A stretch of 64,000 nt of DNA from Neocallimastix sp. 'constans' (lineage: Eukaryota). Location of the stretch: the NCBI GenBank assembly GCA_050613775.1, contig JBODTK010000143.1:248001-312000 (forward strand), written 5' to 3'. The translations under genes and the position numbers were made by a program. The notes below the pieces were generated by a model. It had not been told where the DNA came from. It saw only the letters and a list, made by a program, of their open reading frames with translations, and did no database searches. Shown here piece after piece: positions 40,872-63,970 of this stretch (position 1 is the stretch's first letter; every line of letters begins with the position of its first letter).

Positions 40872-43350
40872 AACAGAAAATACAGATTGAATAAAATAAA
40901 ATAAAATGAAATAAAATAAAATAAAATAAAATAAATAGTAGAAATATGAATATAAAGTACAGATTGAATAAAATAAAATAAAATAAAATAAAATAAAATA
41001 AACAGTAGAAATATGAATATAAAGTACAGATTGAATAAAATAAAATAAAATAAAATAAATAGTAGAAATATGAATATAAAGTACAGATTGAATAAAATAA
41101 AATAAAATAAAATAAAATAAAATAAAATAAAATAAAATAAAATAAAATGAATAGTAGAAACATAAATATAAGTACAGATTGAATAAAATAAAATAAAATA
41201 AAATAAAATAAAATAAAATAAAATAAAATAAAATAAAATAAATAGTAGAATGTTAAATAGAAAGTACAGATTGAATAAAATAAAATAAAATAAAATAAAT
41301 AGTAGAAATATAAATATGAAGTACAGATTGAATAAAATAAAATAAAATAAATAGTAGAAACATAAATATAAGTACAGATTGAATAAAATAAAATAAAATA
41401 AAATAAAATGAATAGTAGAAACATAAATGTAAGTACAGATTGAATAAAATAAAATAAAATAAAATAAATAGTAGAAACATAAATGTAAGTACAGATTGAA
41501 TAAAATAAAATAAAATAAAATAAAATAAAATAAAATAAAATAAAATAAAATAAAATAAAATAAAATAAAATAAAATAAAATAAAATAAAATAAAATAAAA
41601 TAAAATAAAATAAAATAAAATAAAATAAATAGTAGAAACATAAATGTAAGTACAGATTGAATAAAATAAAATAAAATAAAATAAAATAAAATAAAATAAA
41701 ATAAAATAAAATAAAATAAAATAAAATAAAATAAAATAAAATAAAATAAAATAAAATAAAATAAAATAAAATAAAATAAAATAAAATAAAATAAAATAAA
41801 ATAAAATAAAATATAATAAAATAAAATAAAATAAAATAAAATAAAATAAAATAAAATAAAATAAAATAAAATAAAATAAAATAAAATAAAATAAAATAAA
41901 ATGAATAGTAGAAACATAAATATAAGTACAGATTGAATAAAATAAAATAAAATAAAATAAAATGAATAGTAGAAACATAAATGTAAGTACAGATTGAATA
42001 AAATAAAATAAAATAAAATAAAATAAAATAAATAGTAGAAACATAAATGTAAGTACAGATTGAATAAAATAAAATAAAATAAAATAAAATAAAATAAAAT
42101 AAAATAAAATAAAATAGAATAAAATAAAATAGAATAAAATAAAATAAAATAAAATAAATAGTAGAATGTTAAATAGAAAGTACAGATTGAATAAAATAAA
42201 ATAAAATAAAATAAAATAAATAATAGAAATATAAATATGAAGTACAGATTGAATAAAATAAAATAAAATAAAATAAATAGTAGAAATATAAATATGAAGT
42301 ACAGATTGAATAAAATAAAATAAAATAAAATAAAATAAATAGTAGAAATATAAATATGAAGTACAGATTGAATAAAATAAAATAAAATAAAATAAAATAA
42401 ATAGTAGAAACATAAATATAAGTACAGATTGAATAAAATAAAATAAAATATAATAAAATAAAATAAAAAGTAGAATATTAAATAAGAAAGTACAGATTGA
42501 ATAAAATAAAATAAAATAAAATAAAATAAAATGAAATAAAATAAAATAAAATAAAATAAAATAAAATAAAATAAAATAAAATAAATAGTAGAAACATAAA
42601 TATAAGTACAGATTGAATAAAATAAAATAGAATAAAATAAAATAAAATAAAATAAATAGTAGAATGTTAAATAGAAAGTACAGATTGAATAAAATAAAAT
42701 AAAATAAAATAAATAATAGAAATATAAATATGAAGTACAGATTGAATAAAATAAAATAAAATAAAATAAATAGTAGAAATATAAATATGAAGTACAGATT
42801 GAATAAAATAAAATAAAATAAAATAAATAGTGAAGTAATATAAAAGAATAAAGTATTAATAAAAATAAAATAAAATAAAATAAAATGAATAGTAGAAACA
42901 TAAATATAAGTACAGATTGAATAAAATAAAATAAAATAAAATAAAATAAAATAAAATAAAATAAAATAAAATAAAATAAAATAAAATAAAATAAAATAAA
43001 ATAAAATAAAATAAAATAAAATAAAATAAAATAAAATAAAATAAAATAAAATAAAATGAAATGAAATAAAATAAAATAAAATAAATAGTAGAATGTTAAA
43101 TAGAAAGTACAGATTGAATAAAATAAAATAAAATAAATAGTAGAAATATAAATATGAAGTACAGATTGAATAAAATAAAATAAAATAAATAGTAGAAATA
43201 TAAATATGAAGTACAGATTGAATAAAATAAAATAAAATAAATAGTAGAAATATAAATATGAAGTACAGATTGAATAAAATAAAATAAAATAAAATAAAAT
43301 AAAATAAAATAAAATAAAATAAAATAAAATAAAATAAAATAAAATAAAAA
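40872..43350. repeat. Structured satellite: ~29 copies of a ~32-nt unit (AGTAGAA-variable-AGTACAGATTGAAT) separated by variable (AAAAT)n
   Basis: Core TACAGATTGAAT recurs throughout; about five recurring middle variants. Copy number counted by eye. Confidence 0.92.
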
Positions 43351-43789
43351 AATATAATAAAAAAAAAATATAATAATTATTTTATATATATAGGAATCTT
43401 ATATATTTTATTTTTTTTCATTTATTTTTCTAAAAAAAAAATTTAGTTATAATAACGTTTGTCTTTTAATTATTATATTTTATTATAGTAAATAAAAAAT
43501 TTAAATGAAAAGTAAATAATTATAATTATTTATAATTCATATTTTCATAAACGATATATATATATATATATTAATTTAAATGATATAAGAATTAAAAATT
43601 AAAACAATAAGAGTTGAATAATCCTATTAAAATAATTAATTATTTGCATAGTAATATTTATAACGTTTGATCAATATGAATCAATTATTATTAAAATATA
43701 ATAATAACAATTATAATTTTAATAAAATAATAAAAATCTTTTATTGAATTTAATATTTTTAATAACATAATTAATTTTGAAAAGTATAT

Positions 43790-43947
43790 TGATATTAATA
43801 AAATTTATAATAATATAATATTGATATTGATATTAATAAAATTTATAATTATATAATATTGATATTGATATTAATAAAATTTATAATAATATAATATTGA
43901 TATTGATATTAATAAAATTTTTAATTATATAATATTGATATTGATAT
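43790..43947. repeat. 38-bp tandem repeat, ~4 copies, abutting the truncated transposase
   Basis: Unit TATTGATATTGATATTAATAAAATTTATAAT(A/T)ATATAA. Confidence 0.85.
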
Positions 43948-44532
43948 TTAAAATGTACTGTCCGCAAATATATTTTTTTGATAATTCGAAAATAAATATG
44001 CTTGGAATGGTGATTGAAAGATTATTAGATCAGTATTTTTAAATATCATAAAATTTTCATTTCTTTTCGTTTTATAATATTCTGATTCAATGGGAATATC
44101 ATCAAAACTTTTTATATTTGGAGGAAATTGTTTATTTATATTTCTTATTATTTTGGATCTAATTGTACTATATTCGGGACATATAAGTCCCATTTCTTGA
44201 GAAACGGCATTAAATATATGTTTAGGTTTTATATCCATAGGAATTGAATTTTTCTTAATTTCTTCCTTAATTTTATGCTTTGCTACTGATATAGACACAT
44301 CAATTTCTTTTTCGAGATGGTTATGTAAACTTTCATATTTTAAAACCTCCTTTTTATCATTTAAAATAATTAAAGATTTACATTTATTTAAAGTCTTATA
44401 TTCAGTGCATCTATAAATTTTTGATTTATCTTTCCTTTGAAATGAAAAATTAAATTTGTGTTTTTTATTAATAATAATTTGTTCATTTCCTCGATTTGTT
44501 TCACTTATTTCAATTTCTATAGTGTCTTCCAT
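43948..44532 (-). pseudogene. Truncated MULE transposase (FLYWCH/WRKY-like zinc finger plus start of the DDE domain)
   Basis: YRCTEYKTLNKC...HNH zinc-finger pattern, then IFQSPFQ...IFADSTF* corresponding to the MULE first-Asp motif (typically xDGTF). The ORF stops immediately afterwards. Confidence 0.85.
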
Positions 44533-45725
44533 TAATAATTAAAATTTTTCAATAAAATATTTTAATAAATATACTTTTAAATACTTTGAAACTTTTTTTT
44601 TTTTTAATATTTAAAATAATAAACCTTTTTTTAATTAATTATATAATTATTTAAATAATTATTTAATTATTAATTATTTATTATTTCTTTATTTACTATT
44701 TTATTTATTTATTTTTATTTTTTATTTTATTTTATTTTTTTTATTTTTTAATGCTTAAAAAATAAATTTTTATTTATTTTTTTTATTTTTTAATGCTTAA
44801 AAAATAAATTTTTATTTATTTTTATTTTATTTTTTAATGTTTAAAAAAAAGATTTCTTATTTCTTATTTTTTTTTTTTTTTTTTAAGCATTAAAAGATAA
44901 AATGTTTATTTATTTTTATTTTATTTTTCAATGTTTAAAAAAAAGTTTTCTTATTTCTTATTTTTATTTCATTTTTTAAGCATTAAAAAATAAAATGTTT
45001 ATTTTTTATTTTATTTTTCAATGTTAAATAGAAATACCTAACCTAATTATTATTTATTGAAGTGTTGTATTTCGCCAAAAGTTGAATTTCGTCCAGTTGA
45101 ATTTCGCCAAATTCTTGGTGGCTTATAAATTTTCGTCATAAAATATCACCACATTTATTATTCACGCCATATTGTGAATATATGGCTTTTTAAAAATTGT
45201 AGAAAAAAGCCACAAAATTATGATACAATTAAATATACGCCCCACGTAAGATTACGTGTTTGAAAATTTTTGAGAATTGTAATTTTATTTATTTAATTAA
45301 TTAATTATTATTCATTAAATTTTTAATAAAATTAAGTGGCTTAAAATTAAAAATATTTAAGCCATACAACAAAATACAAATTTATGTAATAAAAATTTTC
45401 GAAATGCACACTCCCCGCATTTAATTTAGAATAATTAAGTGCCAGTAACTCTTTATCATAAAATATATTAATAAAATTGACATAATTATAAACCATAAAT
45501 TCATAACCTTTAACATAAACAATAAAAAATAAAAATTAATAATTAATAATTAAAAAAAAAAAAAAAAAAAATTAAATATAAGAATTAAAAACTAAATATT
45601 AAGTATTAAATATATTTAAAAAAAAAAAAAAAAATTGTTCCACTTCTAAATAAGATAAAATGTAAAATAATATATATACATATAATTTATATTTAATTAT
45701 TCAATATCAAGATAAATGATGCTCT

Positions 45726-45756
<31 letters not shown>

Positions 45757-46193
45757 ATTAATACTCTTTCAAAATATTCAATTATTTAATTTCAATAACC
45801 TTCCTATTCTTTGACCCATTTTTCTAAACTTTTATAAATCCAATTTTTATTTTTTATTATTTTTTTTTATTAGTAATTCAGTATTTATTTTTTATTTATT
45901 TATTTATTTATTATTATTATACTTCAGTATTTATTTTATTTATTTTTTATTTTATTAATATTTTATATATTATATGAAACTATTTGTTCATTTTTAAAAG
46001 TGATATTTACAAATTAAATAATTAAATAATAGTTACTTATATATATTTTTAAGGTGTTGTCGAAATGTCCATTCAAAGAATTTTTGTTTACAAAAAATTT
46101 TAATTTTTTTTTTGTTTGTTTGTTTGTTTGTTAAGTTGTTTAAGACTCATTGATATTTAAATACTAAGTCATATAATAAAAAAAATAAAAAAA

Positions 46194-46224
<31 letters not shown>

Positions 46225-46419
46225 TAAAAATAAAAATAAAAATAAAAATAAAAATATAAATATAAATAAAAATAAAAATAAAAATAAAATTAAAAATTAA
46301 ATTTCATAATTAATTATTTAGATAATATAATATTAGGAATAGTTAAAAATATGTAATACTAAAAAAAAAAAAAGAAAAAAAAAAAAGTATCCACATCATT
46401 CTAAATTAATCCATTAAAA

Positions 46420-46463
<44 letters not shown>

Positions 46464-46505
46464 TATTACATATTTTTACTTTACACTTTATTGCTTTATT
46501 TCTAA

Positions 46506-46618
<113 letters not shown>

Positions 46619-46759
46619 TATTATTTATTATTTATTATTTATTATTTATTATTTATTATTTATTATTAATTTATTTATTATATATATATTTTATCTCTAA
46701 ATAAATGTTCTATAATGATAATATTTTACTGTTAAAAATAAAAATAAAAAAAAAATAAT

Positions 46760-46790
<31 letters not shown>

Positions 46791-46951
46791 TTAGATAAAA
46801 GATAAAAATATAATTAAAAATAAAAAATAAAAATTTTTTTTTTTTTTTTTTTAAATTAAAAAAATGAAAATTAAAATGAACGAAATGAAAAATATAAAAA
46901 TTAAGATATAAGTAAAAAATCATATTGAAATAGAAATAATGTGATAATATG

Positions 46952-46985
<34 letters not shown>

Positions 46986-47249
46986 AAGAATCATTCATTT
47001 GACCATTATTGTTATAATTATCATTATGACTATTAATATGACTATTATTATTATTATTATTATTTTATTTCATTACTAATATAAATAAAAAAATATATAT
47101 ATATATAAAATAAAATATAAAAGAGAGAAAGAAATGAGATAAATCTTTTTGGTAATATTATTGAATTTTGTTCAAATAAAAAAATAAAATAAAATAAAAA
47201 AAATAACAGTAATATGAATAATATCTATATTAACATGAAAAAAAAAAAA

Positions 47250-47286
<37 letters not shown>

Positions 47287-47371
47287 AAAATAAAAAAAAG
47301 ATAATAATAAATAGAATATATATTATATTTTAATTTAATGAATTATTTATATTTATATAATATTATAAAAA

Positions 47372-56563
<9,192 letters not shown>

Positions 56564-56635
56564 ACTTCGAAATTTATCTAATTTATTATTTAGTATAATA
56601 TTTTGGTTTTTATTATTATTATTATTATTATTATA

Positions 56636-56723
<88 letters not shown>

Positions 56724-57116
56724 TTATTATTATTTAATGTAATTTCATCAAATTAAATTTTATTTATTTTTTTCTTTTTTTTTTTTTTTTTTTTTTTTTT
56801 TTCAACTTCAATTTTTATTTCTTTCTATTTTCCTTATTCTTATTTTTATCACTAATTTTATCATTTTTAACTTTCTTTTAGTTTCTCTTTTTCCTTATTC
56901 TTATTCTCGATTTTTTTCTTTTTCCTTTTTTTTCTTATTTGTTACTTTCTTTTTCTCTATTTTCCGTATTAAAAATAATTTTACTATTCATTTGAATTTT
57001 TTTTTTCTTTCTTTATCAAATTTTTAAATGAAAATTCATTTTCTGAGTATTTATCATATATCACTTTGCTAAAAATATTTTTTGAATTTGAATTATAATT
57101 ATTATTTTGTCATTTA

Positions 57117-57677
57117 TTAATTTTTCTTTAATTTTTCTTTATCTTTACCTAATTTTAATAATTCATTTTCTATTCTATCTAATATTTTTTCTTGAGTTCT
57201 AAATGAAAATTCTTTTTCAGAGAATTTATCATCTATCACTTTGCCAAAGACATTTTTTGAATTTGAATTATTAATTATTATTTTGTCATGTATTAATTTT
57301 TCTTTATATCTACTTAATTTTAATAATTCATTTTCAACTCTATTAAATATTTCTTCTTGAACTTTACTAACATTATTTTCTGAATTTAAATTAATGAACA
57401 TTCTCTCGTTATTATTTTTTTTTTCTTTATTTCTACTTAATTTTAATTGCATTGATTTACTATCTATTTGAAATGGGTTATTATTATTATCATTATTACT
57501 ATTATACTCTTCTACAAGTTGTAAATAATTATCTAAATTTTCCTCAGGTTCCCAAGTCATCTCGTCATTACCCGACCATTTCACCAAGTAGTATGTGTGT
57601 TCTTTTTTAATTTTTTTATCAAGAATTTTTTCAATTTTATATTCTTCATTTTCAGTTAACTCTTTTTTTTTCTCCAT
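57117..57677 (-). CDS. Chromodomain-containing ORF (186 aa); probably the frameshifted 5' part of the remodeler gene
   Basis: EEYKIEKILDKKIKKEHTYYLVKWSGNDEMTWEPEENL is a canonical HP1/Clr4-type chromodomain. It lies on the same strand, directly upstream of the remodeler. Confidence 0.75.
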   Translation of the reverse strand: MEKKKELTENEEYKIEKILDKKIKKEHTYYLVKWSGNDEMTWEPEENLDNYLQLVEEYNSNNDNNNNPFQIDSKSMQLKLSRNKEKKNNNERMFINLNSENNVSKVQEEIFNRVENELLKLSRYKEKLIHDKIIINNSNSKNVFGKVIDDKFSEKEFSFRTQEKILDRIENELLKLGKDKEKLKKN

Positions 57678-59062
57678 TATATTATCTTATTATTTATTTT
57701 CCATAAACATGTAATATTAGTAAAATGCAAAATTAGTAAAATGCAAAATTAGAATAATGAAAAATTAGAATAATGCAAAAAAATAAATTTATGCAAATTT
57801 AAAATAATGCAAAAATTAGAAAAAGAAGAAGAAAATAAAAAAATAAAAAAATAAAAAAATAAAAAAATAAAAATAATTAAAAGTAATTAAAAATAATAAT
57901 GCATTATATATATTTTATAATTAATTAAACAATTTCTATAGTAAATTAATATAAATATAAATATAAGAAAGCATCATAAAATCTTTTTTAATATTATACT
58001 AATAAAATTTTATGATATATGGTATGTTATAATTGTTATAATTACAATAAAAAAATAATAATAATAAATTTTTAATATAGTGTTATGTCTATTTTTAATA
58101 ATATTATAATTAAAATTAATTATTTATTTCTAAATATTAATTATTTATATTCTAAATATTAATAATTAATTGTCTAAAATTTATTTTAATTTTTTTTAAT
58201 ATTTGAAATTTAAAGTTTTATTTACTTTGGAAATATTAATAATAAAAGAAAAAAAGAAAGAAGGATTTTGGGAAAAAAAAAATAAAGAAAGACACCAGAA
58301 AGTATATCTATTTATTAGTAATTTGTAAACTTTAAAATTTTGACTTTATTTAATAAAAAGCTTTTTATTTATTATTGTTTTTTAAATAATATTTATATAT
58401 TTTATAATAACTGATAATTTTAATAATAAAAATAATAAAAATAAAATTTTTTTTATAATTCATGGAAAAAAAAAAGGTATAATTAAAATATGTAAAATTT
58501 TGAATTCACATGATTAGCACGTGTTATTTATGTGTTGACATTTTTTAAATTCAAAAAAAAAATTTTTTTAAAAATTAAGGAAAAGTCCTTCAGTGTTTGG
58601 ACCTTAGTACTAATGCTATAAAAAATATTATATATTAATGTAAATTTAATTCTTTTTAATTTGAACTTTAATAATTATAATTAGAAATGATAATTTATAC
58701 GCTACAAATTATAATTTCCATATTACCTGCTTTTTAGCTATTTTTACAATGTACCTTTTTTTTGGTAATTCATTTAAATAAATTATTTTCCATAATTAAG
58801 CTAAAAATACTAATATTTTAATTACTACTTCTAGTAATTACTACTACTAATTATAATAATAATAATAAAAATAATAGTAAAAAATAATAACAATAAATAA
58901 TAGTAAATAATAAGAATATTAATATATAATAATAAATAGTAAGAGTAACTAACACAAGTATTAATATATAATAATCATAAATAATAATAATACATAATAA
59001 AAATATTAATATATAATATTAGTATGTAATAATAACAATAATAAATAATAATTGTAAATAAT

Positions 59063-59430
59063 AAAAATATTAATATATAATAATAATAATAATTGATAAT
59101 AAAAATATTAATATATAATAATAATAATAATTGATAATAAAAATATTAATATATAATAATAATAATAATTGATAATAAAAATATTAATATATAATAATAA
59201 TAATAATTGATAATAAAAATATTAATATATAATAATAATAATAATTGATAATAAAAATATTAATTTATAATAATAATAATAATTGATAATAAAAATATTA
59301 ATATATAATAATAATAATAATTGATAATAAAAATATTAATATATAATAATAATAATAATTGATAATAAAAATATTAATATATAATAATAATAATAATTGA
59401 TAATAAAAATATTAATATATAATAATAATT
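59063..59430. repeat. 38-bp tandem repeat AAAAATATTAATATATAATAATAATAATAATTGATAAT, ~9 copies
   Basis: Directly visible. Confidence 0.9.
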
Positions 59431-59539
59431 GAAGAATTAACTATAATTTAGTATTACTATTGAAATTTAATTTTGATATAATTATTAGCATTTTTTATGA
59501 CTATTTAATTAACTTTAAAATAAGTTTCATATTCACTTA

Positions 59540-59930
59540 GAGTCTTTCTAGTTTTTATCCCTAGAACTAACACATAAAAGATTTCTGGATTGACCCCACG
59601 ACTATCTCCTGAATTTATATGGGGTACTTTTCATCCTCCCAGGATGTTTTTCCTTATAAATAAAATTGGTATTCGCTCGCCATAGTAAATATTCCTGTGT
59701 TAGACTATATAATTGTTAGTGAAGAGAGCACTCCCTCGGTAAGAGGATTAGTGTAATTGTTTCTCCCTCGATAATGGTTCAAAAGATCACTGAAAAGAAG
59801 CCCTTCATATAAAGCGTCATATAGGGAATGGCTTTTATATTACACTTGCTTAGAAAGAAATCAAAGTCGACGTCGTAACGTTATTGCAAAGAATCCAATG
59901 AGAGTCTGATATACTTAAGTAAAAGACTGG
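59540..59930 (+). mobile_element. Degenerate dispersed repeat, copy 2 (inverted, lacking ~300 bp relative to copy 1)
   Basis: Its reverse complement aligns to ~25470-25676 and ~25975-26170. Confidence 0.6.
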
Positions 59931-61012
59931 AGTGTAATATATAATTTTTTATGTAATATATAATTTTTTTATAGTATAAAAAAAATTTTTTATCATTAAG
60001 TTATATTAAGGTTCAATTTAAAAAAACGTTTGATTTGATATAGAGATTTGAAGAACAACTTATGCAAAAAATAAATCTAGATTTCATTCGAATACTGTGA
60101 CAAGGATAGCTAATGATCGTAATGAAAGTCACCGGAGGTGCTTCATTGAATCTTTAATTAATAAGGGTTACTTTATTAATAATGTTCAAATTGTTAATAA
60201 GAATAATTGAAAAAATATTATTCCTTAAAATTTTAACGATACTTAATCAAATTTAATTAATACACATTTAGAAGAAAATAAGTTAGTTTTAAAGTAAAAA
60301 GAATAAATGGACATCAAAAAGTTTAATTACATGTATAAGTAGTATTAATTTTAAAGTTATTAATATATTAGCAAATATATTTTATATAGCATTAGTATTT
60401 AATATTCAAATTGATAAAGTATTATTTCTTAAAATTATCTTAAAAAACATTGAAACATAGTTAAAATTTCTTTTATTTTAAATATATATTAATTAAGTTT
60501 AATTAAGTATTGTTAAAATTTAAAAGGATAGCTAATGAATACCAGTCGGAGGTGTTTCATCGAATCTTTAATCAAAAGATATAACATATATAAGTAGTAT
60601 TAATTATAAAAGTAACAGTTATTATTTATTTATAAAAGTTTTATTAATAATTTTTATTGTTACTAATATATTATTATTCATATAATTATAATAAGATAAT
60701 TATATAAGATAATATTATAATATAATTATCTTTTATAATTAAAATTTTTATTATAAAATATCCCATATATTAGCTCTTTAAAAAAATAATAAATATATAT
60801 ATAATTAAATTTCCTTGTTATAAATATCAAAATATATAATAAATATATTAGTAATATATTATAATTAATTGATATTAAATTAGTTTCCAAAATTCAAAAA
60901 AAATTTATAAATTGACCAATCATAATCATTTATTGCGAAGCCTCATATATATGTGTAAATGTAATTTTTGATCCTTATTGATTCCCTCTTTTAAACAGAT
61001 TACTTGATTGAT

Positions 61013-61845
<833 letters not shown>

Positions 61846-63075
61846 ATGTTTTATTTATATATTACATGCTTTTTTGAATCGGAGTAAAATAAAAAATATT
61901 AAAAATTAAATAAAGAAAGCGTGTTTGAAAATTGAAGTGTTATTTTTATCAAATCAAAATGAATGAATATAGATAAGTAGTGGTGAATTAACGTGAAATC
62001 AATAATAGAAGGAAAAAATGGAAAAAGTACGATATAAATTGATTGTCAAAAAAAAAATAAGAACAAATTATGAAGGTCAAATAATAAATGATATTAAAAA
62101 TAATGATTATAATTGTTTTTATATATATGGGAATGGTTTGATTAAATACAAGGAGTAAGGATTATCAAATGGAGCACCATTAATTTATTAGTATTAATAG
62201 ATATTTTTGTTAAAAAGATTAATAAGTAGTGGAAGAGTAATAAATATAAATATAACTATAAGTTTTAAAAATGAGAATTCAAATATCAGTTATCCATATA
62301 AAAGTTATTTAAAACGTAGTAATGTACGATTATAGATTATCTGATTATTAAAAAAAATAATTTTTATAAAAAAAGTTAATAGAAAAAAATAAATTTAAAT
62401 ATAATTTTATTTTTAAAAATAAGAGTTCATATATCAGTATGTAAAGTTATTTAAAATATAGTATTATGTGATTATAAATTATATGATTATTAAAAAAATA
62501 GAGTATTAAATAATTATTTAATAATAGATATATTGTTATTTTATTAGTAGCATTAACTTTAAGTAAAAATATATATAGATTATAATAAAATAAGAAAAAA
62601 AATAATAAATAAAATAATCATGGAAAATGGAATTAAAATGTATGGATTTTTATGTTTTTAACAGTTGCATGCTCTTTGTAATAACAAACTATTATATAAT
62701 AATAGTGATTTAGAGATCCAAAGGATGATTTAAAGTTTAAAAAATATTCATGACAGTAAAAACTTGGAATAAATAAGGATAAAATTAAAAACTTTATTAG
62801 CAATTATCATGAATATTTAAAACGTCATTCTTTGGTGTGATCTTCAGCTCTCTTTACAGAAATTATGTACTTAGGGCTAGTACAAATCAATGAAAGAGAA
62901 GATCATAATTTTTTTTTCAGATAGTTCAATTCAAACCCTAATCGGAATCCAGAATAAGAATTCCTTTATATTAAAATATGAATTTTATAATCTTGGAGGA
63001 GATGAAATTCGTTGTCTTATGAACTTTTTTTTTTTTTTTGAATTTATTATACAACTATTTTTTTTTGAATATAGC

Positions 63076-63186
<111 letters not shown>

Positions 63187-63312
63187 TCACATTACTATTT
63201 AAAAATATTATTATGTTCAAATTTGGCATATATAATAATAATTATTATTTTTTTTATTCTGTGTTAATAAATGAATAAATAAATAAAATTAAAAGTTTGC
63301 AAGAATTATGGC

Positions 63313-63368
<56 letters not shown>

Positions 63369-63378
63369 ATGTCTTTTT

Positions 63379-63411
<33 letters not shown>

Positions 63412-63814
63412 TTATTTATTTATTTATTTTACTTATTTTAAAAATAATAGTAATAACAAATAATAAATAATACTATTGATTTAACTTTATTAGGTAGCTA
63501 ATATATATATATATATATATAGAAATAGAAATAATAATAATTTAAAAATATTTTTTAAATATTGACTTCTTTTTTGATCTATATACACATAAAAATTTTT
63601 GATATTAATATTCAGTAAAATATAAATTAATGTAAAAGATATAAAAAAAATAAAAGTAATTAATTATTAATAATAAATATTGTTTTATTTTAGTTCCATA
63701 TGCTCTTTATTTTATTTTTTTTTTATTGGTTTATCTTTTTTTTTTTTTGTTTTTTTTTGTTTTTTTTGTTTTTTTGTTTTTTTGCTATTATTATTATTAT
63801 GTATTTATTTCTAT

Positions 63815-63970
63815 TTTTACTTCTATTTTTATTTTATTTTATTTTATTTTATTTTATTTTATTTTATTATATTTTATTTTATTTTATTTTATTCAATCTG
63901 TACTTTATATTTATATTTCTTTATTTAATTTTTATTAATATTTTACTCTTTTATATTACTTCACTATATA
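63815..63970 (-). repeat. Inverted dispersed copy of the 40872-43350 satellite unit
   Basis: (ATTTT)n-ATTCAATCTGTACTTTATATTTATATTTCT is the reverse complement of the unit. TTTTATATTACTTCACTAT matches the rare variant at ~42827-42846. Confidence 0.8.

Larger units (their letters stand above)
40566..45416 (-). mobile_element. Defective Mutator-like DNA transposon (MULE), ~4.85 kb
   Basis: Perfect 42-bp inverted repeat at 40570-40611 and 45365-45406. The right terminus reads GGGGAGTGTGCATTTCG on the minus strand, the same GGG-N7-CATTTC pattern as the 21265 MITE. Subterminal ATTTCGCCAA motifs at 45069-45110. Contains a transposase fragment. The left terminus is eroded and no target-site duplication was found. 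Confidence 0.8.

Noticed and set aside
40862..42901. 679-, 386- and 184-aa FILFY-repeat 'membrane protein' ORFs
   Set aside because: Translation of (ATTTT)n satellite; open in several frames at once.
40872..43350. CRISPR array
   Set aside because: Eukaryotic context, no cas genes, spacers are simple (AAAAT)n of variable length rather than unique sequences, and the repeat is not palindromic.
62265..62500. ~90-bp diverged direct repeat downstream of RPS15
   Set aside because: Looks like an ordinary local duplication, with no termini, ORF or structure to support more.
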